A stretch of DNA of 64,000 nucleotides, taken from the NCBI GenBank assembly GCA_039810425.1, contig JBDHWW010000014.1, positions 1 to 64,000 on the forward strand. The letters are read 5' to 3'. This DNA is from Pseudobdellovibrionaceae bacterium. Its GTDB lineage: Bacteria > Bdellovibrionota > Bdellovibrionia > Bdellovibrionales > Bdellovibrionaceae. The notes under the pieces are model-generated. The model worked only from the letters and a program-made list of their open reading frames with translations. It was not told the DNA's origin and did not search any database. The position numbers were made by a program, and so were the translations under genes. Of this stretch, positions 30,115 to 40,592 are shown in pieces (position 1 is the first letter of the stretch; the number at the start of each line of letters is the position of its first letter).

Positions 30115-31491
30115 ATGCGTTCTCAGAAAACGATATTCCTTGTTGGCGGCATCTTTGTAGTTTTCATCGGTGCTTACGGGACTTACCAACATCTCAATGG
30201 GGATATTGCTTCCCGCTCTACGAACTCCATCAAAAAAGCCAGCAGTCGTTTTGAGGAATCTAAGATCACTTCAAAAACTGAAAGTGTGGATGACGAACAA
30301 AGTGCCCTTTTCAACGACCCGGCCATTGCCCAAGCCTGGGGCCTCAAGAAGGCCGATGCCGCGCGCGCATGGTCGGTCTCTAAGGGGAGTAAGAGCGTTG
30401 TCGTTGCGGTCATCGACACGGGTGCTGATGTAAAACATGAAAACCTCTCCGCGAACCTCTGGATGAATCCCGGTGAAACCGGCCAAGACTCTCAAGGCCG
30501 CGACAAAGCCACTAACGGTGTTGATGACGACGGCAACGGATTCGTCGATGACGTTCACGGTTGGAACTTCGTTTCTAACAACAACATTCTCACCGACAAT
30601 CATGGCCACGGCACTCACATCGCCGGCATCATCGGCGCCAATACGGTGAATGGCAAAGGCTTCCGGGGGATCTCTCAAGATGTGAGCTTGATGGTTTTGA
30701 AATACTACGATCCTAAAGTGGCCGGCACAGACAACTTGAAAAACACAGTCGCTTCCATCAAGTACGCCGTGAAAATGGGCGCGAACATCATCAACTACTC
30801 AGGCGGAGGCACGGAATTCAGCCAAGAAGAGCATGATGCCATTGTTGAAGCCGAGAAAAAAGGCATCTTGTTTGTCGCCGCCGCCGGCAACGAAAGATCC
30901 AACTCGGACCAATTCCGCTACTACCCTGCGGACTATGGCCTTTCAAATATCATTTCCGTCACGGCGATTGATCCCAGCACGGAAGTTCTTTCTTCCAGCA
31001 ACTACGGAACTGAGACGGTCGACATCGCAGCTCCAGGCCAAAATATTCTGTCCCTGCTTCCGGGCGGCTCCTACGGGATGATGACAGGAACTTCGCAAGC
31101 GACGGCTTTCGTTTCAGGTGCTGCGGCTTTGGTGATGGCAAGACGTGGGGCCTATAAAGCGGTCGAAGTAAAAAAGTACATTCTTTCAACCGGCGATGCG
31201 ATGGCATCGCTCAGCGCAAAGACACGCACATCCCGTCAGCTGAACCTCTATAAATCTTTGACGATCCTCGATCAGGGCTTGGGCCTCACCGGGGTGGCGG
31301 CCGCCAATAAAGGCAGCGCAAGCAACCAAGAGTTCACAATTCGCGACAAAGAAAACGCCCACACGGATCGCGAAGACCCGAACCTTAAAAAAGATTCTCC
31401 AGCCGAAATGGCGACATTTGGTAAATCACTGCTTAAGAGTATGGAAAAAATGGGGCGTATCGGTGAAAAACAGACGCCCGCAAATCAATAG
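30115..31491 (+). CDS. Subtilisin-like S8 serine protease
   Basis: Triad motifs VAVIDTG, HGHGTHIAG and GTSQAT; AAAGN; N-terminal signal/TM. Confidence 0.93.
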   Translation: MRSQKTIFLVGGIFVVFIGAYGTYQHLNGDIASRSTNSIKKASSRFEESKITSKTESVDDEQSALFNDPAIAQAWGLKKADAARAWSVSKGSKSVVVAVIDTGADVKHENLSANLWMNPGETGQDSQGRDKATNGVDDDGNGFVDDVHGWNFVSNNNILTDNHGHGTHIAGIIGANTVNGKGFRGISQDVSLMVLKYYDPKVAGTDNLKNTVASIKYAVKMGANIINYSGGGTEFSQEEHDAIVEAEKKGILFVAAAGNERSNSDQFRYYPADYGLSNIISVTAIDPSTEVLSSSNYGTETVDIAAPGQNILSLLPGGSYGMMTGTSQATAFVSGAAALVMARRGAYKAVEVKKYILSTGDAMASLSAKTRTSRQLNLYKSLTILDQGLGLTGVAAANKGSASNQEFTIRDKENAHTDREDPNLKKDSPAEMATFGKSLLKSMEKMGRIGEKQTPANQ

Positions 31492-31497
31492 CCTTCT

Positions 31498-32367
31498 TTA
31501 GAAGTCGCGAATTTTATCGACGAGCTCTGGGTAATCGATGAATGGATTTCGGTTGCCTTGGAGCTTCATGATCTTGTCATTGCGATCACTCTCTTCGCCA
31601 TCGACGGGATCGTCCCTGTGCCACTTGCGAAGAACCGCTTCGAGGCGAGGTTCGATCGGTAAATCGTAACGAGTGGAGAAGTAAAACAAAGCACGCGCGA
31701 CATTTCCGCGATGCTCACGCGGCGGTTCGAAGACATCCATGCCGCCGCCATCGGGCTTACCAAGACGAACATTTTTACACTTCAATACTTTTGTATCCCT
31801 GACGACTTCACCAAACCAGTTGTTGCCGCGAACCGAATTCATTTCAGAATCCGTAGGGAAGAGATGATGAAGATCTGATTTTTGAAGCTCTGTTGGGTAT
31901 CTGCCGGTGAAACGGCTTTGCGGCCAAGTGTGCTCCGCATTGATCACGGTGCTGTCAGGAATCAGGCCAGGCCCGGGACGCGAGCCACCTCTGAAATCTT
32001 CCGGCATCGCATCGTGATCGCAGTAAACGTCCTTCACTCCATAGCCATTGCCTGAATCAGGAATCAAATAGAAACTCCCGAAGAGAAACTTGCGGGCGTT
32101 ATTGTAGCCAAAGGCCGTATGTTGATAGCACCCGTTCCCTTCACAGGATGTGCCCAATGTATCGAGACCGTTTTTATGTGGATTGTGGTAAACCTTCAAG
32201 ATGACTTTTAAACGCATCAACAAACTTTTATCAGTTACGCCGGCACCGAGCTCGCTATAAAACTCGTCACCATAATAAGGAATCTTTTCTGTTAGCGCCG
32301 CCGCGTGAACAACGCCTGAAAGGAACATTGAAAAAAGGATCACTGTCTTAATGAAGTTTGTCTTCAT
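31498..32367 (-). CDS. Secreted endonuclease I family nuclease
   Basis: Signal peptide; NAEHTWPQS, DLHHLFP, NSVRGN, RGNVARALFY and QGNRNPFID motifs. Confidence 0.9.
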   Translation of the reverse strand: MKTNFIKTVILFSMFLSGVVHAAALTEKIPYYGDEFYSELGAGVTDKSLLMRLKVILKVYHNPHKNGLDTLGTSCEGNGCYQHTAFGYNNARKFLFGSFYLIPDSGNGYGVKDVYCDHDAMPEDFRGGSRPGPGLIPDSTVINAEHTWPQSRFTGRYPTELQKSDLHHLFPTDSEMNSVRGNNWFGEVVRDTKVLKCKNVRLGKPDGGGMDVFEPPREHRGNVARALFYFSTRYDLPIEPRLEAVLRKWHRDDPVDGEESDRNDKIMKLQGNRNPFIDYPELVDKIRDF

Positions 32368-32521
32368 TCGGGTCCGCCATTTCTATTGGGGGTGATGTTT
32401 ACAGCCTCTGGGCGGAACTATCGCGTTTTGGTAATAACGAAGTCAATTAAGAACGTTCGAAATTCTTTGTCAGGATTTCGTCAGGAGAAAAATCATGGAA
32501 ATGATTTTGGATTAAATTTAT

Positions 32522-33382
32522 TTAATAGAAGTCGGAAAGAGAGATTCTCCCTTTCCAAAAAAGAATGAGTCCGAATGTCAGCAACGCCACAGCCACTCCG
32601 GCTCCCACGAGATTGCGAAGACTCAAGCTGAAATAGCCTGTCAGGATCATTAAAAATGAAAGAACAAGCGGCCCCCATAAAACATATTTGTGCCATTTTT
32701 TTCGCAGCATCGGAGGTTTTTGCGCGAAGCGCAAATCGCCTTCAGATCTGCCGGAGAGCGTCACTTGTAATAAGCCATGGGCTTTAAAGATCATTCGCTC
32801 GCAGAGGTCGTCCGAACCTCCCTGAGCGCTCTTCAATTCTTCGTATTTTAAGATCGCAAAGCGCAAGGCATCGAGCTGATGGCAGCTCTTGAGAAAATCA
32901 TCATGCAAACTCAAGTTATCAAAGTTCATGATAAGGTTCTTCCACTTGCGCACCAAACTTGGCTGCGCTTTCAACGTCGGATCCAAAGGCAGTTGCTCCA
33001 GACGCGCAAAAATCACATGGCAAGAATAGCACTCTGAATTTTTCTTTTCATTGATGGCTCCACACTTCGGGCAAGCTTGGGTGCTCGTCTTTTCAGCAGA
33101 GCCTTCGATTTCTTGTTGCAAAGCTGCAAATGATTGCGCCTCCAACTCTTGCTGGAACGTGCGGGCTTCTTCCATTTCAGGAGATGTCTGCACCAGAAAA
33201 GTCGCCACAGACATCGGATTTGTCACAGGGTAAGCAAATGAAAAGCGGCTCGAGCAGGAAATACAGTCAAACTGCGGGGTGTGACTTTGAATATCGCCCT
33301 CGCTGACTTCATAGAGTTTGCTGCAAACCGGGCAGCGCACTCTGAATCTCCCAAACTGTTTTTCAGCCGATAGTTCGCTCAA
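32522..33382 (-). CDS. Zinc-finger (three CxxC-containing knuckle segments) membrane protein
   Basis: CPVC/CISC and CPKC/CYSC pairs; two C-terminal TM helices; TTG start after GGAG. Confidence 0.75.
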   Translation of the reverse strand: MSELSAEKQFGRFRVRCPVCSKLYEVSEGDIQSHTPQFDCISCSSRFSFAYPVTNPMSVATFLVQTSPEMEEARTFQQELEAQSFAALQQEIEGSAEKTSTQACPKCGAINEKKNSECYSCHVIFARLEQLPLDPTLKAQPSLVRKWKNLIMNFDNLSLHDDFLKSCHQLDALRFAILKYEELKSAQGGSDDLCERMIFKAHGLLQVTLSGRSEGDLRFAQKPPMLRKKWHKYVLWGPLVLSFLMILTGYFSLSLRNLVGAGVAVALLTFGLILFWKGRISLSDFY

Positions 33383-33422
33383 TCCGAGCTTCTCCTATTC
33401 ATTCCTTAATGTTACAAAGTCT

Positions 33423-35033
33423 ATGATGGGTAAGATTCTCACGTTTTTCAAGAACTATTCTCCACGAAATTATTTATGGCCATTTATCGCCGGCCTGTTG
33501 ATAGGCACCAGTTACATCCCGTTCCCGCCTTGGGCTCTTCTTTTTTGTTACGCGCCCCTTTGGATTTTCGTTTTTCAGAGCGGGAAAAATTGGAAACAAG
33601 GTTTCGCAGCCGGATGGTGGACTCAATTCGCCCTGACACTGATCGGGTTTCATTGGATCGCCTATGTAACCAAACAATTCGGAGGCTTCCCGTGGCCTTT
33701 CGCGATTTTCGTACTGCTGATTTTCGCGGCCCTCATGCATCTCTACATTCCTGCGGCAACCGCTCTGGTGGCTTATCTAAAGGAAAAATATGCTTGGAGC
33801 GCCGGAAAATTTCTACTGGCTTGCGCGCTTGTTCTATCGCTTGCCGAGCGGGTTTGGCCGAGCATTTTTCAATGGAACTTAGGCTACACCCTGCTCGCCG
33901 CAAATATTCCGGCTTACAATTGGGCCGACGTGATTGGGTTTGAGGGTCTCTCAACAGTGATCCTTTTATTGAATGCTTGGATTGCCTGGATTTGGCTGCA
34001 CCGTAAACAGCGCGGAACTTTGCAAAAACACGGACTCTTGCTGGCTCTTTTCCTGGTTGTGTTTAATATCGGCGGCCACTTCCATGGCGAGCGCTGGAAT
34101 GAATTTGATCGCAAGTTCAATGTCTCGATCATTCAAGCCAACATTGGCGACCTCGAAAAAGTCGTCGCGGAAAAGGGCCAGGGCTTTCAGGACGAAATCG
34201 TCATGAAGTTTCTGAACCTGACCCGCCAGGCGGTCGCGGCCACTCCAAATACCGAGCTGATCGTGTGGCCGGAAACGGCGTTTCCGGATTACCTCAACGC
34301 CTACAACACCAATTCCCGCATTCCCCGCCTTTTAGGGGCCGGCCTTGCGCCCCTTGGAAAAACTTTGCTCACGGGAGCCTACGGCAAAGATGCGCCGGGG
34401 GAACGTTCTCCCCGCCAGACTTACAACTCGCTTTTCCTGGTGGACTCCAACGCCCACGTGATCGGCAAGCCTTACAACAAAACCAATTTGCTGGCCTTTG
34501 GCGAGTACCTGCCCTTTAGCGAACGCTTTCCATTTTTGCTGAAATTGTTGCCGTTTATTTCCAACTTCGGCCGCGGCCACGGGCCTGAGATTTTGGTTTA
34601 CCCTCACCCCGAGGGCGATATCAAAATCGGCGGCCAGATTTGCTATGAGGGGCTCTATCCCGAGTTCACCCGTGGCCTTGCCGAGAAACAGGCCGATATT
34701 CTTGCCAACGTCACCAATGACTCTTGGTTCGGTCGCCCGTTTGAACCGCGCCAGCACATGGAAATGACGTTAGCCCGCGCGATTGAAGTGCGCCGCCCCC
34801 TCATTCGTTCTACGAATACGGGAATCAGCACCGTGATCCTTGCAAACGGAACTGTCTTGCCACAGTCACCGCTGCACACGGAGTGGTTCGGCAGCTTTGA
34901 CATCGAGATGAAGAAAAAGGCCCCAACCACGGACTTTGTTCTTTGGGGCCACTATGATTGGATTTTAATTTTATTCGGCTTGTTGGCCGTAGTCGCTAAA
35001 GGTGCCATCGATGCAAGATCTCATCGCCCTTGA
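33423..35033 (+). CDS. lnt: Apolipoprotein N-acyltransferase
   Basis: Multi-TM; WPETA, K..LLAFGEYLP, ICYEG, NVTNDSWFG and RSTNTGIS motifs. Confidence 0.93.
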   Translation: MMGKILTFFKNYSPRNYLWPFIAGLLIGTSYIPFPPWALLFCYAPLWIFVFQSGKNWKQGFAAGWWTQFALTLIGFHWIAYVTKQFGGFPWPFAIFVLLIFAALMHLYIPAATALVAYLKEKYAWSAGKFLLACALVLSLAERVWPSIFQWNLGYTLLAANIPAYNWADVIGFEGLSTVILLLNAWIAWIWLHRKQRGTLQKHGLLLALFLVVFNIGGHFHGERWNEFDRKFNVSIIQANIGDLEKVVAEKGQGFQDEIVMKFLNLTRQAVAATPNTELIVWPETAFPDYLNAYNTNSRIPRLLGAGLAPLGKTLLTGAYGKDAPGERSPRQTYNSLFLVDSNAHVIGKPYNKTNLLAFGEYLPFSERFPFLLKLLPFISNFGRGHGPEILVYPHPEGDIKIGGQICYEGLYPEFTRGLAEKQADILANVTNDSWFGRPFEPRQHMEMTLARAIEVRRPLIRSTNTGISTVILANGTVLPQSPLHTEWFGSFDIEMKKKAPTTDFVLWGHYDWILILFGLLAVVAKGAIDARSHRP

Positions 35034-37338
35034 TTGGATTGAAATTTTAGAAAAAATCCGTGGCTCAGCCACGAGCGAGTCCGCCAAAAATAAAATTTTG
35101 GAAATCCGACCGCTTGCAACCCCGGACGAAGCCCAGAAAAGCTTTCAGGAAATCTTTGGCGCCGGCGCCGTTCTGGCCGAAGGCGTACGCCCTTACATGC
35201 AGAGCTTGGATCTATTTGCGACCTGGTATCCACGCCTTAAAAAACGCGCCACGCTGAAAACGCTTGAAATCAAAGATGTTCGCAGCTTCTGTTTAGAGGC
35301 CCTTGCATTGAAGGAAGCTCTTTCGCCCCTCGACAATACTTGGGGGAGCCGCATCCGCGAAAGCCTCATGGAAGCGGAGGAACCCCTCTCAGCGATCGAC
35401 CAGATCCTAACTCCAGGTGGAGAGATCCGCTCTGACGCCAGCGAAAAACTGTACAATCTTTTCCGCGAGAAGGAACGTCTCGCGCGCGATGTCCAAACGA
35501 ACTTGGACCGCTTGGTGAAAGATCACCAAATGGAAAACAATCTGCAGGACAAGTACGTCACCACTCGCGAAGGACGCTGGGTGCTTCCGGTCCGTGGCGG
35601 CATGCAACACTATGTGCCCGGAGTGATTCATGGCTCTTCACAAACAAAACAGACTGTTTTCATTGAACCTGAAAAAGTGATTCCGATGAACAACCGTCTT
35701 CGTCAGATCGAAGTCGAGATCGAAGACGAGATTGAAAGATTACTGGTCGAGCTTTCACATTACCTTTCCGCCAAAGCGGAAGATTTTCAAAATACTTTCG
35801 CGTTGCTGGAAGAGTCCGACATCCGATTGGCGCAAGCGCAATTCACCTCCATGATCAAGGGCGCAGCGATTGAGTTCACCACCGACGGCTTTGAACTCGC
35901 CGACGTCCGCCACCCGCTTTTGCAGCTCTCGGGCAAAAATGTCGTCGCGAATACGGTTATTCTGAACCAGAAAAAATCAATCCTGCTTCTGTCCGGCCCG
36001 AACGCCGGCGGCAAGACAGTCCTCCTCAAAGGCATTGGCCTTGCCGCCCAGATGGCCCGCTGTGGCCTTCCGGTCTGCGCGAGCGAAAGCTCGAAACTGC
36101 CGTTTTTTAAAGACATCCTGATCGGTATCGGCGATGCCCAAAGCGTCGATGAAGAGCTCAGTACCTTTGCGGCGCACTTAAAGATCCTCACGAAAGCTGC
36201 GCAGATGCGGGGCCCGAACCACCTCATCTTAATCGATGAAATCTGCGGATCGACGGATCCGGAGGAAGGCAGCGCGCTGGCGCGCAGTTTTATCGAGGCG
36301 TTTTCTAAAAATAACGTGTATGCGGTTATTACGTCGCACTTAGGGCCTCTCAAGGCCGGCTGGACTGAGCATGATCACGTTTTAAACGGAAGCCTTGAGT
36401 ACGATCCTAAATCCGGCCGCCCAACGTATCAGTTCTTGTCCGGCATTCCCGGCGACTCACTGGCCATCCAGACCGCAAAACGTGTGGGTGTGGGCAAAGA
36501 GATCGTCGAACGCGCGATTGAAGTGCTGTCACCGACGACTCGCGCACGCCTGCAAGGTCTTGAGCAGATTGAACAGCTCAAAGCCGACATCGCGATTTTA
36601 CAGGAACACCTGCGCAGTGAAACGAAGAAAGCAACGGCAACTAAAAACAAGTACGAAACGCTGCTGGCCCAGTTTAATAAAGAAAAAGAAGACCAGCTTG
36701 CGAAGACTCTCAAAAAGGCCGAAAAGAAAGTTGACGAAGCCATTGGGCTTGCGAAAGCCGGCGATATTTTCGAGCGTCACCGCAACCTGCAAGATATCAA
36801 GTACAACTTGCCTGAGATCGTCAAAGCAAAACCGATCAACCTCGGCGGCATTGAAAGCGCCGAGGACTTCGTAAAACGCTATCCGACGGGATCGAAGGTA
36901 TTTGTGCCGTCTCTCAATCAGGATGGCATTGTGCAAAGCGCGCCGAATTCAAAAGGCGAAGTGATGATTCTATCGAACTCGATTCGCCTGCAATTGCCTT
37001 GGCAAGAGCTGCGCGCTCCGGGAAAACCACAAAACCCGACGGCGCAATTGGTGCGTAAAAGCTCTTCTTTCACGGTGGCTTTGAACGAAGATGAGACGGT
37101 CCTAGATTTGCGTGGAAGGACTTCTGAAGACGCCATCGAAGAACTTGAAGTGGCCCTGGACAAAGCCGTTCAGACCCGCGAGGACCGCTTGAAGGTCATC
37201 CATGGCCACGGCACGGAGGCTCTTAAAAAAGCCGTGCGGACCTATCTTTCTCGGAGCATCTATGTGAAAAAGTGGAAGGCCGGAGGGCCAGACTCCGGCG
37301 GCGACGGCATTACTTGGGTGGAACTCAATCTGGACTAG
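35011..37338 (+). CDS. mutS2: MutS2 (ATPase + Smr domain)
   Basis: GPNAGGKT, STFAAH, DEICGSTDP, LDLRG and IHGHGT motifs; no mismatch-binding domain. Confidence 0.92.
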   Translation: MQDLIALDWIEILEKIRGSATSESAKNKILEIRPLATPDEAQKSFQEIFGAGAVLAEGVRPYMQSLDLFATWYPRLKKRATLKTLEIKDVRSFCLEALALKEALSPLDNTWGSRIRESLMEAEEPLSAIDQILTPGGEIRSDASEKLYNLFREKERLARDVQTNLDRLVKDHQMENNLQDKYVTTREGRWVLPVRGGMQHYVPGVIHGSSQTKQTVFIEPEKVIPMNNRLRQIEVEIEDEIERLLVELSHYLSAKAEDFQNTFALLEESDIRLAQAQFTSMIKGAAIEFTTDGFELADVRHPLLQLSGKNVVANTVILNQKKSILLLSGPNAGGKTVLLKGIGLAAQMARCGLPVCASESSKLPFFKDILIGIGDAQSVDEELSTFAAHLKILTKAAQMRGPNHLILIDEICGSTDPEEGSALARSFIEAFSKNNVYAVITSHLGPLKAGWTEHDHVLNGSLEYDPKSGRPTYQFLSGIPGDSLAIQTAKRVGVGKEIVERAIEVLSPTTRARLQGLEQIEQLKADIAILQEHLRSETKKATATKNKYETLLAQFNKEKEDQLAKTLKKAEKKVDEAIGLAKAGDIFERHRNLQDIKYNLPEIVKAKPINLGGIESAEDFVKRYPTGSKVFVPSLNQDGIVQSAPNSKGEVMILSNSIRLQLPWQELRAPGKPQNPTAQLVRKSSSFTVALNEDETVLDLRGRTSEDAIEELEVALDKAVQTREDRLKVIHGHGTEALKKAVRTYLSRSIYVKKWKAGGPDSGGDGITWVELNLD

Positions 37339-37367
37339 GGCCGCTGGCTCATTTCGGCCGCCCTTGA

Positions 37368-37739
37368 TTATTTGTTTTTATTACGTCCTGGAGCATTGGC
37401 AGAATTACCGCGATCGCTGTTCTTGGGTGAAGAGACTTTCGCGTCTTTATCGCTGCTGCTGGAGTTTCCCCCCGCCCCCAAAGAAGACTTGTCCTCTTGA
37501 TCCCTGGGAGTGAGAACACCTTTACGGCTTCTCTTCTTATGCCCGGCAGAGTTTTGCAAGTTGCGTGCTTCTTCTGAAACCCTCGCGCCGAATTGTGAAC
37601 CCGTTGAACTCTTCTGGGCTTGGTGAATTTGACTGTCAAACTCACTGAGATCTTCGGAAGTCGCTGGTACCAACGTCTGCGCTAAGGACACAGAGCCAAA
37701 GAAGAGCGCGACAAAAGTGTAAAATAGAATTTTTCCCAT
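37368..37739 (-). CDS. Small secreted low-complexity protein
   Basis: RBS AGGAG; signal peptide ending SLA-Q. Confidence 0.7.
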   Translation of the reverse strand: MGKILFYTFVALFFGSVSLAQTLVPATSEDLSEFDSQIHQAQKSSTGSQFGARVSEEARNLQNSAGHKKRSRKGVLTPRDQEDKSSLGAGGNSSSSDKDAKVSSPKNSDRGNSANAPGRNKNK

Positions 37740-37762
37740 AACTTCACTTCTCCTGGAAAACA

Positions 37763-38344
37763 CTAGAAAACGACGGGGTTTCCTTGTTTCGCAAATGTGA
37801 GCTTCAGCACCTGCTCACGGACCACCTCATTTTTCTCATTCAAGAGCCGCACGCGAATACTTTTCTCGCCAGAAATGTCGGACGAAACGACAAACGGCAG
37901 TTTACCGCGCCCCAGAGCTTTCACACTGACCGGCAAAGTCAGTTTACGCTCTTCACGGATCTCTTTATTGGAAGAGACAAAGTGAACGTGCTCCGGAAGC
38001 GCGACTTCCGCTTGAGCCACCAGATCCCTATCGCTTTGATTGAAATCAATATGAATCACATAAGCTTGTTGAGTCAGGCCATCGCTTTTCTTCTGCCGAA
38101 GCAATTGATAGCTCACAAAACTCAGGGCTAAAACGCCGGCCAACGAAACACCTGAGAGCCACTGCCAAAAAAGCAACCCCTTCGGCGCGCGCTTCTCGCG
38201 CCAGTGCGCCAACACCCGGGTCTTTAAATAAGGTGAAAGCTCAACCGGGGCCTTCTGAACTCTTGCAAAGAGATCCTGAAGTGCCTTTTGATCCGGAGAG
38301 TCTTTTCGTCCTTCTTCTTGTCCTTGCTCTTGTTTGCCTGACAT
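37763..38344 (-). CDS. Probable single-pass anti-sigma factor
   Basis: Directly after the ECF sigma; short cytoplasmic helix (SPYLKTRVLA), one TM, beta-rich periplasmic domain. Confidence 0.7.
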   Translation of the reverse strand: MSGKQEQGQEEGRKDSPDQKALQDLFARVQKAPVELSPYLKTRVLAHWREKRAPKGLLFWQWLSGVSLAGVLALSFVSYQLLRQKKSDGLTQQAYVIHIDFNQSDRDLVAQAEVALPEHVHFVSSNKEIREERKLTLPVSVKALGRGKLPFVVSSDISGEKSIRVRLLNEKNEVVREQVLKLTFAKQGNPVVF

Positions 38345-38365
38345 ATGCGCCAACCTCTAATATAA

Positions 38366-38393
38366 AGACGATTCCACGGCGGAAATCGTTTCA
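38366..38393 (-). promoter_or_regulatory. ECF-sigma-type promoter before the anti-sigma gene
   Basis: TGAAAC-N17-CGTCT. Confidence 0.65.
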
Positions 38394-38419
38394 AGAAAAA
38401 GCGTCTTATTTTGAGACTT

Positions 38420-38959
38420 TTAGCTCTTTTTATTTGAGTGGTATTTCTGCATAAACAAATGACGCAGGCGATGAAGCTTTGATCTCACGGCGTCCTCACT
38501 CATCCCCGCATGTTCCCCGGCCTCTTTGTAGGAACAGCCCCCTAGCTCAATAAGCAACAATAAAAAACGCTCCTCGGGATCAAAATCGGCTAAAACCTTA
38601 TGAACGAAAACCACCGCTTCCATATCTGAACCCGACGCCGCCTCAGGCATTTCCTCTTCGGCGACATTTTTACGGAAAGCCGCACTCCGGGTCAGGTCAA
38701 TATATAAATTTTTAGCGATTTGAAAAAGCCAGCCGATAAAAGTTGCCGGCTTCTGCAACTTAGAAATGCTTTCGAGCGCTTTGATAAAGCTTTCCTGGCA
38801 AAGATCTTCCGCAAGCTCGCGATTGCGGCTGAGCAAAAGGCAGAACTTGTATAAAGACGCCTGAGTGGCTTCAATCAATTCGCCACAAGCTCTCTCATCG
38901 CCTTTTTGCACCCGCACCACTAGTTCCGTGAGTGCGGGATTCTCTTTTGTTTCAGCCAT
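38420..38959 (-). CDS. ECF RNA polymerase sigma factor
   Basis: AEDLCQESFIKA, F.GWLFQIAKN and SYKEAG...SEDAVRSKLHR (regions 2 and 4 only). Confidence 0.92.
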   Translation of the reverse strand: MAETKENPALTELVVRVQKGDERACGELIEATQASLYKFCLLLSRNRELAEDLCQESFIKALESISKLQKPATFIGWLFQIAKNLYIDLTRSAAFRKNVAEEEMPEAASGSDMEAVVFVHKVLADFDPEERFLLLLIELGGCSYKEAGEHAGMSEDAVRSKLHRLRHLFMQKYHSNKKS

Positions 38960-38977
38960 GCATTTCCTTATGTTCTA

Positions 38978-40489
38978 TCAAAACACATCCCACCCAAGTC
39001 CCGCCAGAAAATTTGTGTTCTCGTAGTTTTTATCCCGAACGTCGTCACTTCCGAGCGTTGAGTTATTTGGATTGTATTCCGCCAGCATATACACCGCCCA
39101 GCCTTGTGAAATTCCGTAGACGTACTTGAGTGAAGCACTCAATTCATGGTCCCGACGATGTTTGTCCTCGGGAAGAGCATTGTTTTTATAATTGCGTTCG
39201 AGGTACAGCAGCTGCGCGAGCAATGAGGACGACAGCGTGGGACGCCAAAGGCCGCGAAGCCCCGGCCCTTGAAAGCTATGTTGTAATGGCAAGCGCGACC
39301 CATCGGAATAGACAATGTCCTGAGTCCCGTCGCTCCCTAACAGCCAATAAACTTGCAGCGTCCATAGGCTCGCGCCATAACTGAAAAAAGGGCGAACCGA
39401 ATAGGAGGATCCCGTCAAGTACGAGTACGTATCGTTCGTCCCTCTCTGAGTGTAAACCTCCAGGTCAAAACCACCGCCCCAGACGCTTCCTAAAGTTGCG
39501 GTCCTCACGAGAGCCCCGGTCTTTTGTGCCGCAAAAGTTCCGTTCCATATCTCGGCTTGAATGAACGGAACCAAACCAAACTCAAAAAGCTGGTTTTTAT
39601 AAACCAACGGTATCTGAAGGGAGTGATTTTGCGTGTTGAGCTCCGGCGCGTTCGTGGCGTTTTCATAACCGAAAAGGTAGGAGACTCTTTGCTGAAACGA
39701 GGGACTTTGATACAAGCGATAGTTCGCGCCAATTTCCCCGCGGACAAGGGGACTTGAAACCGGAGCATAGCTTCGCCCCTCGAGGAAAACGTTGGTTGTC
39801 GCGCCCGCAGCAAGGTCCAGGAAAAGGCCGTAGGGCCGCGCCGAAATGTCCGAGGCCTTTAGTGTTGCCACGAGCTCACGGACCGAGATTTGGTCTGCCG
39901 CCGATAAATCCGCAGCGGCCGCGGCACTTTTCAAAGCTTTCTCCGCCTCGCTGTTTTTATTTTCCTTCATCAAAATCATACCCAACAGCAACTGGGTCGT
40001 ACTATCCAACGGCTGAGGCATTTGCCTTACCTGCGCTTCGGCTGGTGCGTACATTCCTTGCCGGTAAAGCTCTAAAGCAAAATCTGCGCGCAAGCCGGGC
40101 GGCAGGGGCTGGCTCTGAAGCTCGGCCAGAAGCTTGCGGGCCCTTTCTGTTTGATTCATCTTGAGCAAGGCTTTGGCTTTATAAAGTTTAGCGGCCGGAG
40201 CCAAGGGACTACGAAGTTGCACGACTTTCTCATAGGAGGAGACAGCGTTTCCGTAAGCACCCGACATTGAAAAGCAGTTGCCGAGATTAAACCAATAGAG
40301 GCCTTTTTGGGGCTGAAGCCTCAGCAGCTTCGTAAAATCTTTCACGCAGGCCCCGAAATCATTTTTCTGATAGGCTTGCAGCGCGGCCCTCAACAGCACC
40401 CCTTCATTCGAAGCGGCCCAAACCAGGCCCGTGCCGGGATTCGCGCAAACTAAAATAAGAATGAGAACAACTGCTCGCATGGAACTCAA
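38978..40489 (-). CDS. TPR + outer-membrane beta-barrel protein (Slam-like architecture)
   Basis: Signal peptide, N-terminal TPRs, amphipathic strands, C-terminal GLGWDVF; start may be 40480. Confidence 0.75.
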   Translation of the reverse strand: MSSMRAVVLILILVCANPGTGLVWAASNEGVLLRAALQAYQKNDFGACVKDFTKLLRLQPQKGLYWFNLGNCFSMSGAYGNAVSSYEKVVQLRSPLAPAAKLYKAKALLKMNQTERARKLLAELQSQPLPPGLRADFALELYRQGMYAPAEAQVRQMPQPLDSTTQLLLGMILMKENKNSEAEKALKSAAAAADLSAADQISVRELVATLKASDISARPYGLFLDLAAGATTNVFLEGRSYAPVSSPLVRGEIGANYRLYQSPSFQQRVSYLFGYENATNAPELNTQNHSLQIPLVYKNQLFEFGLVPFIQAEIWNGTFAAQKTGALVRTATLGSVWGGGFDLEVYTQRGTNDTYSYLTGSSYSVRPFFSYGASLWTLQVYWLLGSDGTQDIVYSDGSRLPLQHSFQGPGLRGLWRPTLSSSLLAQLLYLERNYKNNALPEDKHRRDHELSASLKYVYGISQGWAVYMLAEYNPNNSTLGSDDVRDKNYENTNFLAGLGWDVF

Positions 40490-40518
40490 ATAGTAAAAAA
40501 CTTTTCAGATGAAATACA

Positions 40519-40548
40519 TAAAAAAGAGGATCCATTTCTGGATCCTCT
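40519..40548 (-). terminator. Rho-independent terminator after the lipoprotein gene
   Basis: Perfect 10-bp stem AGAGGATCCA/TGGATCCTCT with a T-run on the minus strand. Confidence 0.8.
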
Positions 40549-40592
40549 CACACAGGGTCACACACTACCTATAAATACCTATAGGGCTCTCG

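Noticed and set aside
33345..33375. GCCGATAG as a sigma28 promoter for lnt
   Set aside because: Inside a CDS with no -35 at the right spacing
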